A stretch of DNA of 64,000 nt from positions 248,930,001 to 248,994,000 of the forward strand of contig OZ024741.1 in the NCBI GenBank assembly GCA_964016885.1. The letters are read 5' to 3'. The first letter of the stretch is position 1. Every line of letters begins with the position of its first letter. This DNA is from Eledone cirrhosa (lineage: Eukaryota). The translations under genes and the position numbers were made by a program. Below, piece by piece: positions 48,301-63,700 of this stretch. A model generated the notes under the pieces. The model did no database searches, was not told the DNA's origin, and worked only from the letters and a program-made list of their open reading frames with translations.

Positions 48301-51300
48301 TCAGCCGTCCAAGGAGAGGTAAATTGTAGCCGTCCAAGGAGATATAATTTCCAGCCGTCCAAGGGGAGATAATTTCCAGCCGTCCAAGGGGAGATAATTT
48401 CCAGCCGTCCAAGGGGAGATAATTTTTTAAAAAAAATCAGGCGGAGATAATTTGTAAACAAAAATCAGGGGGAGATAATTTTTAAAAAAAAATCAGGGGG
48501 AGATAATTTGTAAAAAAAAATCAGGGGGAGATAATTTGTAAAAAAAATCAAGGGGAGATAATTTCCAGCCGTCCAAGGGGAGGTAATATCTAGCCATCCA
48601 AGGGGAGATAATTTCCAGCCGTCCAAGGGGAGATAATTTCCAGCCGTCCAAGGGGAGATAATATCCAGCCGTCCAAGGAGACATATTTTCCAGCCGTCCA
48701 AGGAGAGGTAATTTCTAGCCGTCCAAGGGGAGATAAGTTCCAGCCTCCAAGGGGAGATAATTTCCAGCCAGCCAAGGGGAGATAATTTGTAAAAAAATCA
48801 GGGGGGAGATAATTTGTAAAAAAAATCAGGGGGAGATAATTTGAAAAAAAAATCAGGGGGAGATAATTTGTAAAAAATATCAAGGGGAGATAATTTCCAG
48901 CCCTCCAAGTGGCTATAATTTCCAGCCGTGCAAGGGGAGATAATTTCCAGCCGTCCAAGGGGAGATAATTTCCATCCTTCCAAGGGGAGATAATTTCTAG
49001 CCGTCCAAGGGGAGATAATTTCCCGCCAGCCAAGGGAAGATAATTTTTTAAAAAATCAGGCGGAGATTGTAAAAAAAATCAGGGGGAGATAATTTGTAAA
49101 AAAATCAGGGGGAGATAATTTGTAAAAAAAAAATCAGGGGGAGATAATTTGTAAAAAAAAATCAGGGGGAGATAATTTGTAAAAAAAATCAGGGGTGATA
49201 ATTTGTAAAAAAAATCAGGGGTAGATAATTTGTAAAAAAAATCAGGGGGAGATAATTTGTAAAAAAAATCAGGGGGAGATAATTTGTAAAAAATCAGGGG
49301 TAGATAATTTTCAGCCGTCCAAGGGGAGATAATTTCCATCCTTCCAAGGGGAGATAATTTCCAGCCGTCCAAGGGGAGATAATTTCCCGCCAGCCAAGGA
49401 GAGATAACATTTAAAAAAATCAGGCGGAGATAATTTGTAAAAAAATCAGGGGGAGATAATTTGTAAAAAAAATCAGGGGTAGATAATTTTCAGCCGTCCA
49501 AGGGGAGAAAATTTCCATCCTTCCAAGGGGAGATAATTTCCAGCCGTCCAAGGGGAGATAATTTCCCGCCAGCCAAGGAGAGATAACATTTAAAAAAATC
49601 AGGGGGAGATAATTTGTAAAAAAAAATCAGGGGGAGATAATTCGTAAAAAAAAATCAGGGGGAGATAATTTGTAAAAAAAAATCAGGGGTAGATAATTTG
49701 TAAAAAAAAATCAGGGGGAGATAATTTGTAAAAAAAAAATCAGGGGGAGATAATTTGTAAAAAAATCAAGGGGAGATAATTTCCAGCCGTCCAAGGGGAG
49801 ATAATTTTCAGCCGTCCAAGGAGAGGTAATTTCTAGCCGTCCAAGGGGAGATAATTTCCAGCCGTCCAAGGGGAGATAATTTTTTTAAAAAAATCAGGCG
49901 GAGATAATTTGTAAACAAAAATCAGGGGGAGATAATTTGTAAAAAAAAATCAGGGGGAGATAATTTGTAAAAAAAAATCAGGGGGAGATAATTTGTAAAA
50001 AAAATCAAGGGGAGATAATTTGTAAAAAAAAATCAGGGGTAGATAATTTGTAAAAAAAAATCAGGGGGAGATAATTTGTAAAAAAAAAATCAGGGGGAGA
50101 TAATTTGTAAAAAAATCAAGGGGAGATAATTTCCAGCCGTCCAAGGGGAGATAATTTTCAGCCGTCCAAGGAGAGGTAATTTCTAGCCGTCCAAGGGGAG
50201 ATAATTTCCAGCCAGCCAAGGGGAGATAATTTGTAAAAAAATCAGGGGTAGATAATTTGTAAAAAAAAATCAGGGGGAGATAATTTGTAAAAAAAATCAG
50301 GGGGAGATAATTTGTAAAAAAAATCAGGGGTAGATAATTTCCAGCCGTCCAAGGGGAGATAATTTCCATCCTTCCAAGGGGAGATAATTTCCAGCCGTCC
50401 AAGGGGAGATAATTTCCCGCCAGCCAAGGAGAGATAACATTTAAAAAAATCAGGCGGAGATAATTTGTAAAAAAAATCAGGGGGAGATAATTTGTAAAAA
50501 AATCAGGGGGAGATAATTTGTAAAAAAAATCAGGGGTAGATAATTTCCAGCCGTCCAAGGGGAGATAATTTCCATCCTTCCAAGGGGAGATAATTTCCAG
50601 CCGTCCAAGGGGAGATAATTTCCCGCCAGCCAAGGAGAGATAATATTTAAAAAAATCAGGCGGAGATAATTTGTAAAAAAAATCAGGGGGAGATAATTTG
50701 TAAAAAAATCAGGGGGAGATAATTTGTAAAAAAAAATCAGGGGAGATAATTTGTAAAAAAAATCAGGGGGAGATAATTTGTAAAAAAATATCAGGGGTAG
50801 ATAATTTGTAAAAAAAAATCAGGGGGAGATAATTTGTAAAAAAAAACTCAGGGGGAGATAATTTGTAAAAAAATCAAGGGGAGATAATTTCCAGCCGTCC
50901 AAGGGGAGATAATTTTCAGCCGTCCAAGGAGGTAATTTCTAGCCGTCCAAGGGGAGATAATTTCCAGCCGTCCAAGGGGAGATAATATCCAGCCATCCAA
51001 GGGGAGATAATATCCAGCCGTCCAAGGAGACATATTTTCCAGCCGTCCAAGGAGAGGTAATTTCTAGCCGTCCAAGGGGAGATAAGTTCCAGCCTCCAAG
51101 GGGAGAAAATTTCCAGCCAGCCAAGGGGAGATAATTTGTAAAAAAATCAGGGGGAGATAATTTGTAAAAAAAATCAAGGGGAGATAATTTCCAGCCGTCC
51201 AAGGGGAGGTAATATCTAGCCATCCAAGGGGAGATAATTTCCAGCCGTCCAAGGGGAGATAATTTCCAGCCGTCCAAGGGGAGATAATATCCAGCCGTCC

Positions 51301-54300
51301 AAGGAGACATATTTTCCAGCCGTCCAAGGAGAGGTAATTTCTAGCCGTCCAAGGGGAGATAAGTTCCAGCCTCCAAGGGTAGAAAATTTCCAGCCAGCCA
51401 AGGGGAGATAATTTGTAAAAAAATCAGGGGGAGATAATTTGTAAAAAAAAAATCAGGGGGAGATAATTTGTAAAAAAATCAGGGGGAGATAATTTGTAAA
51501 AAAAAAATCAGGGGGAGATAATTTGTAAAAAAAATCAGGGGGAGATAATTTGTAGAAAAAATCAGGGGTAGATAATTTGTAAAAAAAATCAGGGGGAGAT
51601 AATTTGTAAAAAAAATCAGGGGGAGATAATTTGTAAAAAAAATCAGGGGTAGATAATTTTCAGCCGTCCAAGGGGAGATAATTTCCATCCTTCCAAGGGG
51701 AGATAATTTCCAGCCGTCCAAGGGGAGATAATTTCCCGCCAGCCAAGGAGAGATAACATTTAAAAAAATCAGGCGGAGATAATTTGTAAAAAAAATCAGG
51801 GGGAGATAATTTGTAAAAAAATCAGGGGGAGATAATTTGTAAAAAAAATCAGGGGTAGATAATTTCCAGCCGTCCAAGGGGAGATAATTTCCATCCTTCC
51901 AAGGGGAGATAATTTCCAGCCGTCCAAGGGGAGATAATTTCCCGCCAGCCAAGGAGAGATAATATTTAAAAAAATCAGGCGGAGATAATTTGTAAAAAAA
52001 ATCAGGGGGAGATAATTTGTAAAAAAATCAGGGGGAGATAATTTGTAAAAAAAAAATCAGGGGGAGATAATTTGTAAAAAAAATCAGGGGTAGATAATTT
52101 GTAAAAAAAAATCAGGGGGAGATAATTTGTAAAAAAAATCAGGGGGAGATAATTTGTAAAAAAAATCAGGGGTAGATAATTTCCAGCCGTCCAAGGGGAG
52201 ATAATTTCCATCCTTCCAAGGGGAGATAATTTCCAGCCGTCCAAGGGGAGATAATTTCCCGCCAGCCAAGGAGAGATAATATTTAAAAAAATCAGGCGGA
52301 GATAATTTGTAAAAAAAATCAGAGGGAGATAATTTGTAAAAAAAAAATCAGGGCGAGATAATTTGTAAAAAAAAATCAGGGGGAGATAATTTGTAAAAAA
52401 AAATCAGGGGGAGATAATTTGTAAAAAAAATCAGGGGTAGATAATTTGTAAAAAAAATCAGGGGGAGATAATTTGTAAAAAAAATCAGGGGGAGATAATT
52501 TGTAAAAAAAATCAAGGGGAGATAATTTGCAGCCGTCCAAGGGGAGATAATTTTCAGCCGTCCAAGGAGAGATAATTTCTAGCCGTTCAAGGGGAGATAA
52601 TTTCCAGCCGTCCAAGGGGAGATAATTGCCAGCCGTCCAAGGGGAGATAATTTTTAAAGAAAAATCAGACGGAGATAATTTGTAAAAAAAAAATCAGGGG
52701 GAGATAATTTGTAAAAAAAAATCAGGGGGAGATAATTTGTAAAAAAAGATCAGGGGTAGATAATTTGTAAAAAAAATCAAGGGGAGATAATTTCCAGCCG
52801 TCCAAGGGAAGATAATTTCCAGCCCTCCAAGGGGCTATAATTTCCAGCGTCCAAGGGGAGATAATTTCCAGCCAGCGAAGAGGAGATAATTTTTTTTTAA
52901 AAATCATTGGGAGATTTGTAAAAAAAATCAGGGGGAGATAATTTGTAAAAAAAATCAGGGGTAGATAATTTGTAAAAAAAAATCAGGGGGAGATAATTTG
53001 TAAAAAAAAAATCAGGGGGAGATAATTTGTAAAAAATTCAAGGGGAGATAATTTCCAGCCGTCCAAGGGGAGATAATTTTTAAAAAAAAATCAGGCGGAG
53101 ATAATTTGTAAACAAAAATCAGGGGGAGATAATTTGTAAAAAAAAATCAGGGGGAGATAATTTGTAAAAAAAAATCAGGGGGATATAATTTGTAAAAAAA
53201 ATCAAGGGGAGATAATTTCCAGCCGTCCAAGGGGAGGTAATATCTAGCCATCCAAGGGGAGATAATTTCCAGCCGTCCAAGGGGAGATAATTTCCAGCCG
53301 TCCAAGGGGAGATAATATCCAGCCGTCCAAGGAGACATATTTTCCAGCCGTCCAATGAGAGGTAATTTCTAGCCGTCCAAGGGGAGATAAGTTCCAGCCT
53401 CCAAGGGGAGATAATTTCCAGCCAGCCAAGGGGAGATAATTTGTAAAAAAATCAGGGGGAGATAATTTGTAAAAAAAATCAGGGGGAGATAATTTGTAAA
53501 AAAAAATCAGGGGAGATAATTTGTAAAAAAAAATCAGGGGGAGATAATTTGTAAAAAAAAATCAGGGAGAGATAATTTGTAAAAAAAATCAAGGGGAGAT
53601 AATTTCCAGCCGTCCAAGGGGAGATAATTTTCAGCCGTCCAAGGAGAGGTAAATTCTAGCCGTCCAAGGAGAGATAATTTCCAGCCGTCCAAGGTGAGAT
53701 AATTTCCAGCCGTCCAAAGGGAGATAATTTTTTAAAAAAAATCAGGCGCAGATAAGTTGTAAAAAAAAATCAGGGGGAGATAATTTGTAAAAAAAAATCA
53801 GGGGGAGATAATTTGTAAAAAAAATCAAGGGGAGATAATTTCCAGCCGTCCAAGGGAAGATAATTTCCAGCCCTCCAAGGGGCTATAATTTCCAGCGTCC
53901 AAGGGGAGATAATTTCCAGCCAGGGAAGGGGAGATAATTTTTTTTTTAAAATCACTGGGAGATTTGTAAAAAAAATCAGGGGGAGATAATTTGTAAAAAA
54001 CTCAAGGGGTGATAATTTCCAGCCGTCCAAAGAGAGATAATTTCTAGCCGTCCAAGGGGAGATAATTTCCAGCCAAGGGGAGATAATTTCCAGCCTTCCA
54101 AGGGGAGATAATTTTTAAAAAAATCAGGTGGAGATAATTTGTAAAAAAAATCAGTGGAAGATAATTTGTAAAAAGAAAATCAAGGGCAGATAATTTCCAG
54201 CCGTCCAAGGGGAGATAATTTCCCGCCAGCCAAGGGAAGATAATATTTAAAAAAATCAGGCGGAGATAATTTGTAAAAAAAATCAGGGGGAGATAATTTG

Positions 54301-57300
54301 TAAAAAAATCAGGGGGAGATAATTTGTAAAAAAAAATCAGGGGGAAATAATTTATAAAAAAAATCAGGGGGAGATAATTTGTAAAAAAAAATCAGGGGGA
54401 GATAATTTGTAAAAAAAATCAAGGGGAGATAATTTCCAGCCGTCCAAGGGGAGGTAATTTTCAACCGTCCAAGGGGAGATAATTTCCCGCCAGCCAAGGG
54501 AAGATAATATTTAAAAAAATCAGGCGGAGATAATTTGTAAAAAAAATCAGGGGGAGATAATTTGTAAAAAAATCAGGGGGAGATAATTTGTAAAAAAAAA
54601 ATCAGGGGGAGATAATTTGTAAAAAAAATCAGGGGGAGATAATTTGTAAAAAAAATCAGGGGTAGATAATTTGTAAAAAAAAATCAGGGGGAGATAATTT
54701 GTAAAAAAAATCAGGGGGAGATAATTTGTAAAAAAAATCAGGGGTAGATAATTTCCAGCCGTCCAAGGGGAGATAATTTCCATCCTTCCAAGGGGAGATA
54801 ATTTCCAGCCGTCCAAGGGGAGATAATTTCCCGCCAGCCAAGGAGAGATAATATTTAAAAAAATCAGGCGGAGATAATTTGTAAACAAAAATCAGGGGGA
54901 GATAATTTGTAAAAAAAAATCAGGGAGATAATTTGTAAAAAAAATCAAGGGGAGATAATTTCCAGCCGTCCAAGGGGAGGTAATATCTAGCCATCCAAGG
55001 GGAGATAATTTCCAGCCGTCCAAGGGGAGATAATTTCCAGCCGTCCAATGGGAGATAATATCCAGCCGTCCAAGGAGACATATTTTCCAGCCGTCCAAGG
55101 AGAGGTAATTTCTAGCCGTCCAAGGGGAGATAAGTTCCAGCCTCCAAGGGGAGATAATTTCCAGCCAGCCAAGGGGAGATAATTTGTAAAAAAATCAGGG
55201 GGAGATAATTTGTAAAAAAAAATCAGGGGGAGATAATTTGTAAAAAAAAATCAGGGGGAGATAATTTGTAAAAAAAATCAAGGGGAGATAATTTCCAGCC
55301 GTCCAAGGGGAGATAATTTTCAGCCGTCCAAGGAGAGGTAAATTCTAGCCGTCCAAGGAGAGATAATTTCCAGGCGTCCAAGGGGAGATAATTTCCAGCC
55401 AGCCAAGGGGAGATAATTTGTAAAAAAATCAGGGGGAGATAATTTGTAAAAAAAAAATCAGGGGGAGATAATTTGTAAAAAAATCAGGGGGAGATAATTT
55501 GTAAAAAAAAATCAGGGGGAGATAATTTGTAAAAAAAATCAGGGGGAGATAATTTGTAAAAAAAATCAGGGGTAGATAATTTGTAAAAAAAATCAGGGGG
55601 AGATAATTTGTAAAAAAAATCAGGGGGAGATAATTTGTAAAAAAATCAGGGGTAGATAATTTTCAGCCGTCCAAGGGGAGATAATTTCCATCCTTCCAAG
55701 GGGAGATAATTTCCAGCCGTCCAAGGGGAGATAATTTCCCGCCAGCCAAGGAGAGATAACATTTAAAAAAATCAGGCGGAGATAATTTGTAAAAAAATCA
55801 GGGGGAGATAATTTGTAAAAAAAATCAGGGGTAGATAATTTCCAGCCGTCCAAGGGGAGATAATTTCTATCCTTCCAAGGGGAGATAATTTCCAGCCGTC
55901 CAAGGGGAGATAATTTCCCGCCAGCCAAGGAGAGATAATATTTAAAAAAATCAGGCGGAGATAATTTGTAAAAAAAATCAGGGGGAGATAATTTGTAAAA
56001 AAATCAGGGGGAGATAATTTGTAAAAAAAAATCAGGGGGAGATAATTTGTAAAAAAAATCAGGGGGAGATAATTTGTAAAAAAAAATCAGGGGTAGATAA
56101 TTTGTAAAAAAAAATCAGGGGGAGATAATTTATAAAAAAAAATCAGGGGGAGATAATTTGTAAAAAAATCAAGGGGAGATAATTTCCAGCCGTCCAAGGG
56201 GAGATAATTTTCAGCCGTCCAAGGAGAGGTAATTTCTAGCCGTCCAAGGGGAGATAATTTCCAGCCGTCCAAGGGGAGATAATTTTTTTAAAAAAATCAG
56301 GCGGAGATAATTTGTAAACAAAAATCAGGGGGAGATAATTTGTAAAAAAAAATCAGGGGGAGATAATTTGTAAAAAAAAATCAGGGGGAGATAATTTGTA
56401 AAAAAAATCAAGGGGAGATAATTTGTAAAAAAAAATCAGGGGTAGATAATTTGTAAAAAAAAATCAGGGGGAGATAATTTGTAAAAAAAAAATCAGGGGG
56501 AGATAATTTGTAAAAAAATCAAGGGGAGATAATTTCCAGCCGTCCAAGGGGAGATAATTTTCAGCCGTCCAAGGAGAGGTAATTTCTAGCCGTCCAAGGG
56601 GAGATAATTTCCAGCCAGCCAAGGGGAGATAATTTGTAAAAAAATCAGGGGTAGATAATTTGTAAAAAAAAATCAGGGGGAGATAATTTGTAAAAAAAAA
56701 TCAGGGGGAGATAATTTGTAAAAAAAATCAAGGGGAGATAATTTCCAGCCGTCCAAGGGGAGATAATTTTCAGCCGTCCAAGGAGAGGTAATTTCTAGCC
56801 GTCCAAGGGGAGATAAGTTCCAGCCTCCAAGGGGAGATAATTTCCAGCCAGCCAAGGGGAGATAATTTGTAAAAAAATCAGGGGTAGATAATTTGTAAAA
56901 AAAAATCAGGGGGAGATAATTTGTAAAAAAAATCAGGGGGAGATAATTTGTAGAAAAAATCAGGGGTAGATAATTTCCAGCCGTCCAAGGGGAGATAATT
57001 TCCATCCTTCCAAGGGGAGATAATTTCCAGCCGTCCAAGGGGAGATAATTTCCCGCAAGCCAAGGAGAGATAACATTTAAAAAAATCAGGCGGAGATAAT
57101 TTGTAAAAAAAAATCAGGGGGAGATAATTTGTGAAAAAATCAGGGGGAGATAATTTGTAAAAAAAATCAGGGGTAGATAATTTCCAGCCGTCCAAGGGGA
57201 GATAATTTCCATCCTTCCAAGGGGAGATAATTTCCAGCCGTCCAAGGGGAGATAATTTCCCGCCAGCCAAGGAGAGATAATATTTAAAAAAAATCAGGCG

Positions 57301-57770
57301 GAGATAATTTGTAAAAAAAATCAGGGGGAGATAATTTGTAAAAAAATCAGGGGGAGATAATTTGTAAAAAAAAATCAGGGGGAGATAATTTGTAAAAAAA
57401 ATCAGGGGGAGATAATTTGTAAAAAAAAATCAGGGGTAGATAATTTGTAAACAAAAATCAGGGGGAGATAATTTGTAAAAAAAAATCAGGGGGAGATAAT
57501 TTGTAAAAAAAATCAGGGGGAGATAATTTGTAAAAAAATCAGGGGGAGATAATTTGTAAAAAAAATCAGGGGTAGATAATTTCCAGCCGTCCAAGGGGAG
57601 ATAATTTCCATCCTTCCAAGGGGAGATAATTTCCAGCCGTCCAAGGGGAGATAATTTCCCGCCAGCCAAGGAGAGATAATATTTAAAAAAATCAGGCGGA
57701 GATAATTTGTAAAAAAAATCAGGGGGAGATAATTTGTAAAAAAATCAGGGGGAGATAATTTGTAAAAAAA
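42305..57770 (+). repeat. Second copy of the long segment 13925-29820, shorter by 56 bp (~43990) and 375 bp (~54870)
   Basis: The offset steps from 28381 to 28325 and from 28325 to 27950 locate the two length differences. Confidence 0.9.
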
Positions 57771-60700
57771 AAATCAGGGGGAGATAATTTGTAAAAAAAA
57801 TCAGGGGTAGATAATTTGTAAAAAAAAATCAGGGGGAGATAATTTGTAAAAAAAATCAGGGGGAGATAATTTGTAAAAAAAATCAGGGGTAGATAATTTC
57901 CAGCCGTCCAAGGGGAGATAATTTCCATCCTTCCAAGGGGAGATAATTTCCAGCCGTCCAAGGGGAGATAATTTCCCGCCAGCCAAGGAGAGATAATATT
58001 TAAAAAAATCAGGCGGAGATAATTTGTAAAAAAAATCAGAGGGAGATAATTTGTAAAAAAAAAATCAGGGCGAGATAATTTGTAAAAAAAAATCAGGGGG
58101 AGATAATTTGTAAAAAAAAATCAGGGGGAGATAATTTGTAAAAAAAATCAGGGGTAGATAATTTGTAAAAAAAATCAGGGGGAGATAATTTGTAAAAAAA
58201 ATCAGGGGGAGATAATTTGTAAAAAAAATCAAGGGGAGATAATTTGCAGCCGTCCAAGGGGAGATAATTTTCAGCCGTCCAAGGAGAGATAATTTCTAGC
58301 CGTTCAAGGGGAGATAATTTCCAGCCGTCCAAGGGGAGATAATTGCCAGCCGTCCAAGGGGAGATAATTTTTAAAGAAAAATCAGACGGAGATAATTTGT
58401 AAAAAAAAAATCAGGGGGAGATAATTTGTAAAAAAAAATCAGGGGGAGATAATTTGTAAAAAAAGATCAGGGGTAGATAATTTGTAAAAAAAATCAAGGG
58501 GAGATAATTTCCAGCCGTCCAAGGGAAGATAATTTCCAGCCCTCCAAGGGGCTATAATTTCCAGCGTCCAAGGGGAGATAATTTCCAGCCAGCGAAGAGG
58601 AGATAATTTTTTTTTAAAAATCATTGGGAGATTTGTAAAAAAAATCAGGGGGAGATAATTTGTAAAAAAAATCAGGGGTAGATAATTTGTAAAAAAAAAT
58701 CAGGGGGAGATAATTTGTAAAAAAAAAATCAGGGGGAGATAATTTGTAAAAAATTCAAGGGGAGATAATTTCCAGCCGTCCAAGGGGAGATAATTTTTAA
58801 AAAAAAATCAGGCGGAGATAATTTGTAAACAAAAATCAGGGGGAGATAATTTGTAAAAAAAAATCAGGGGGAGATAATTTGTAAAAAAAAATCAGGGGGA
58901 TATAATTTGTAAAAAAAATCAAGGGGAGATAATTTCCAGCCGTCCAAGGGGAGGTAATATCTAGCCATCCAAGGGGAGATAATTTCCAGCCGTCCAAGGG
59001 GAGATAATTTCCAGCCGTCCAAGGGGAGATAATATCCAGCCGTCCAAGGAGACATATTTTCCAGCCGTCCAATGAGAGGTAATTTCTAGCCGTCCAAGGG
59101 GAGATAAGTTCCAGCCTCCAAGGGGAGATAATTTCCAGCCAGCCAAGGGGAGATAATTTGTAAAAAAATCAGGGGGAGATAATTTGTAAAAAAAATCAGG
59201 GGGAGATAATTTGTAAAAAAAAATCAGGGGAGATAATTTGTAAAAAAAAATCAGGGGGAGATAATTTGTAAAAAAAAATCAGGGAGAGATAATTTGTAAA
59301 AAAAATCAAGGGGAGATAATTTCCAGCCGTCCAAGGGGAGATAATTTTCAGCCGTCCAAGGAGAGGTAAATTCTAGCCGTCCAAGGAGAGATAATTTCCA
59401 GCCGTCCAAGGTGAGATAATTTCCAGCCGTCCAAAGGGAGATAATTTTTAAAAAAAAATCAGGCGCAGATAAGTTGTAAAAAAAAATCAGGGGGAGATAA
59501 TTTGTAAAAAAAAATCAGGGGGAGATAATTTGTAAAAAAAATCAAGGGGAGATAATTTCCAGCCGTCCAAGGGAAGATAATTTCCAGCCCTCCAAGGGGC
59601 TATAATTTCCAGCGTCCAAGGGGAGATAATTTCCAGCCAGGGAAGGGGAGATAATTTTTTTTTTAAAATCACTGGGAGATTTGTAAAAAAAATCAGGGGG
59701 AGATAATTTGTAAAAAACTCAAGGGGTGATAATTTCCAGCCGTCCAAAGAGAGATAATTTCTAGCCGTCCAAGGGGAGATAATTTCCAGCCAAGGGGAGA
59801 TAATTTCCAGCCTTCCAAGGGGAGATAATTTTTAAAAAAATCAGGTGGAGATAATTTGTAAAAAAAATCAGTGGAAGATAATTTGTAAAAAGAAAATCAA
59901 GGGCAGATAATTTCCAGCCGTCCAAGGGGAGATAATTTCCCGCCAGCCAAGGGAAGATAATATTTAAAAAAATCAGGCGGAGATAATTTGTAAAAAAAAT
60001 CAGGGGGAGATAATTTGTAAAAAAATCAGGGGGAGATAATTTGTAAAAAAAAATCAGGGGGAAATAATTTATAAAAAAAATCAGGGGGAGATAATTTGTA
60101 AAAAAAAATCAGGGGGAGATAATTTGTAAAAAAAATCAAGGGGAGATAATTTCCAGCCGTCCAAGGGGAGGTAATTTTCAACCGTCCAAGGGGAGATAAT
60201 TTCCCGCCAGCCAAGGGAAGATAATATTTAAAAAAATCAGGCGGAGATAATTTGTAAAAAAAATCAGGGGGAGATAATTTGTAAAAAAATCAGGGGGAGA
60301 TAATTTGTAAAAAAAAAATCAGGGGGAGATAATTTGTAAAAAAAATCAGGGGGAGATAATTTGTAAAAAAAATCAGGGGTAGATAATTTGTAAAAAAAAA
60401 TCAGGGGGAGATAATTTGTAAAAAAAATCAGGGGGAGATAATTTGTAAAAAAAATCAGGGGTAGATAATTTCCAGCCGTCCAAGGGGAGATAATTTCCAT
60501 CCTTCCAAGGGGAGATAATTTCCAGCCGTCCAAGGGGAGATAATTTCCCGCCAGCCAAGGAGAGATAATATTTAAAAAAATCAGGCGGAGATAATTTGTA
60601 AAAAAAATCAGGGGTAGATAATTTGTAAAAAAATCAGGGGGAGATAATTTGTAAAAAAAAAATCAGGGGGAGATAATTTGTAAAAAAAATCAGGGGGAGA

Positions 60701-63700
60701 TAATTTGTAAAAAAAAATCAGGGGTAGATAATTTGTAAAAAAAAATCAGGGGGAGATAATTTGTAAAAAAAAAATCAGGGGGAGATAATTTGTAAAAAAA
60801 TCAAGGGGAGATAATTTCCAGCCGTCCAAGGGGAGATAATTTTCAGCCGTCCAAGGAGAGGTAATTTCTAGCCGTCCAAGGGGAGATAATTTCCAGCCGT
60901 CCAAGGGGAGATAATTTTTAAAAAAAAATAGGCGGAGATAATTTGTAAACAAAAATCAGGGGGAGATAATTTGTAAAAAAAAATCAGGGAGATAATTTGT
61001 AAAAAAAATCAAGGGGAGATAATTTCCAGCCGTCCAAGGGGAGGTAATATCTAGCCATCCAAGGGGAGATAATTTCCAGCCGTCCAAGGGGAGATAATTT
61101 CCAGCCGTCCAATGGGAGATAATATCCAGCCGTCCAAGGAGACATATTTTCCAGCCGTCCAAGGAGAGGTAATTTCTAGCCGTCCAAGGGGAGATAAGTT
61201 CCAGCCTCCAAGGGGAGATAATTTCCAGCCAGCCAAGGGGAGATAATTTGTAAAAAAATCAGGGGGAGATAATTTGTAAAAAAAAATCAGGGGGAGATAA
61301 TTTGTAAAAAAAAATCAGGGGGAGATAATTTGTAAAAAAAATCAAGGGGAGATAATTTCCAGCCGTCCAAGGGGAGATAATTTTCAGCCGTCCAAGGAGA
61401 GGTAAATTCTAGCCGTCCAAGGAGAGATAATTTCCAGGCGTCCAAGGGGAGATAATTTCCAGCCAGCCAAGGGGAGATAATTTGTAAAAAAATCAGGGGG
61501 AGATAATTTGTAAAAAAAAAATCAGGGGGAGATAATTTGTAAAAAAATCAGGGGGAGATAATTTGTAAAAAAAAATCAGGGGGAGATAATTTGTAAAAAA
61601 AATCAGGGGGAGATAATTTGTAAAAAAAATCAGGGGTAGATAATTTGTAAAAAAAATCAGGGGGAGATAATTTGTAAAAAAAATCAGGGGGAGATAATTT
61701 GTAAAAAAATCAGGGGTAGATAATTTTCAGCCGTCCAAGGGGAGATAATTTCCATCCTTCCAAGGGGAGATAATTTCCAGCCGTCCAAGGGGAGATAATT
61801 TCCCGCCAGCCAAGGAGAGATAACATTTAAAAAATCAGGCGGAGATAATTTGTAAAAAAATCAGGGGGAGATAATTTGTAAAAAAAATCAGGGGTAGATA
61901 ATTTCCAGCCGTCCAAGGGGAGATAATTTCTATCCTTCCAAGGGGAGATAATTTCCAGCCGTCCAAGGGGAGATAATTTCCCGCCAGCCAAGGAGAGATA
62001 ATATTTAAAAAAATCAGGCGGAGATAATTTGTAAAAAAAATCAGGGGGAGATAATTTGTAAAAAAATCAGGGGGAGATAATTTGTAAAAAAAAATCAGGG
62101 GGAGATAATTTGTAAAAAAAATCAGGGGGAGATAATTTGTAAAAAAAAATCAGGGGTAGATAATTTGTAAAAAAAAATCAGGGGGAGATAATTTATAAAA
62201 AAAAATCAGGGGGAGATAATTTGTAAAAAAATCAAGGGGAGATAATTTCCAGCCGTCCAAGGGGAGATAATTTTCAGCCGTCCAAGGAGAGGTAATTTCT
62301 AGCCGTCCAAGGGGAGATAATTTCCAGCCGTCCAAGGGGAGATAATTTTTTTAAAAAAATCAGGCGGAGATAATTTGTAAACAAAAATCAGGGGGAGATA
62401 ATTTGTAAAAAAAAATCAGGGGGAGATAATTTGTAAAAAAAAATCAGGGGGAGATAATTTGTAAAAAAAATCAAGGGGAGATAATTTGTAAAAAAAAATC
62501 AGGGGTAGATAATTTGTAAAAAAAAATCAGGGGGAGATAATTTGTAAAAAAAAAATCAGGGGGAGATAATTTGTAAAAAAATCAAGGGGAGATAATTTCC
62601 AGCCGTCCAAGGGGAGATAATTTTCAGCCGTCCAAGGAGAGGTAATTTCTAGCCGTCCAAGGGGAGATAATTTCCAGCCAGCCAAGGGGAGATAATTTGT
62701 AAAAAAATCAGGGGTAGATAATTTGTAAAAAAAAATCAGGGGGAGATAATTTGTAAAAAAAAATCAGGGGGAGATAATTTGTAAAAAAAATCAAGGGGAG
62801 ATAATTTCCAGCCGTCCAAGGGGAGATAATTTTCAGCCGTCCAAGGAGAGGTAATTTCTAGCCGTCCAAGGGGAGATAAGTTCCAGCCTCCAAGGGGAGA
62901 TAATTTCCAGCCAGCCAAGGGGAGATAATTTGTAAAAAAATCAGGGGTAGATAATTTGTAAAAAAAAATCAGGGGGAGATAATTTGTAAAAAAAATCAGG
63001 GGGAGATAATTTGTAGAAAAAATCAGGGGTAGATAATTTCCAGCCGTCCAAGGGGAGATAATTTCCATCCTTCCAAGGGGAGATAATTTCCAGCCGTCCA
63101 AGGGGAGATAATTTCCCGCAAGCCAAGGAGAGATAACATTTAAAAAAATCAGGCGGAGATAATTTGTAAAAAAAAATCAGGGGGAGATAATTTGTGAAAA
63201 AATCAGGGGGAGATAATTTGTAAAAAAAATCAGGGGTAGATAATTTCCAGCCGTCCAAGGGGAGATAATTTCCATCCTTCCAAGGGGAGATAATTTCCAG
63301 CCGTCCAAGGGGAGATAATTTCCCGCCAGCCAAGGAGAGATAATATTTAAAAAAAATCAGGCGGAGATAATTTGTAAAAAAAATCAGGGGGAGATAATTT
63401 GTAAAAAAATCAGGGGGAGATAATTTGTAAAAAAAAATCAGGGGGAGATAATTTGTAAAAAAAATCAGGGGGAGATAATTTGTAAAAAAAAATCAGGGGT
63501 AGATAATTTGTAAACAAAAATCAGGGGGAGATAATTTGTAAAAAAAAATCAGGGGGAGATAATTTGTAAAAAAAATCAGGGGGAGATAATTTGTAAAAAA
63601 ATCAGGGGGAGATAATTTGTAAAAAAAATCAGGGGTAGATAATTTCCAGCCGTCCAAGGGGAGATAATTTCCATCCTTCCAAGGGGAGATAATTTCCAGC

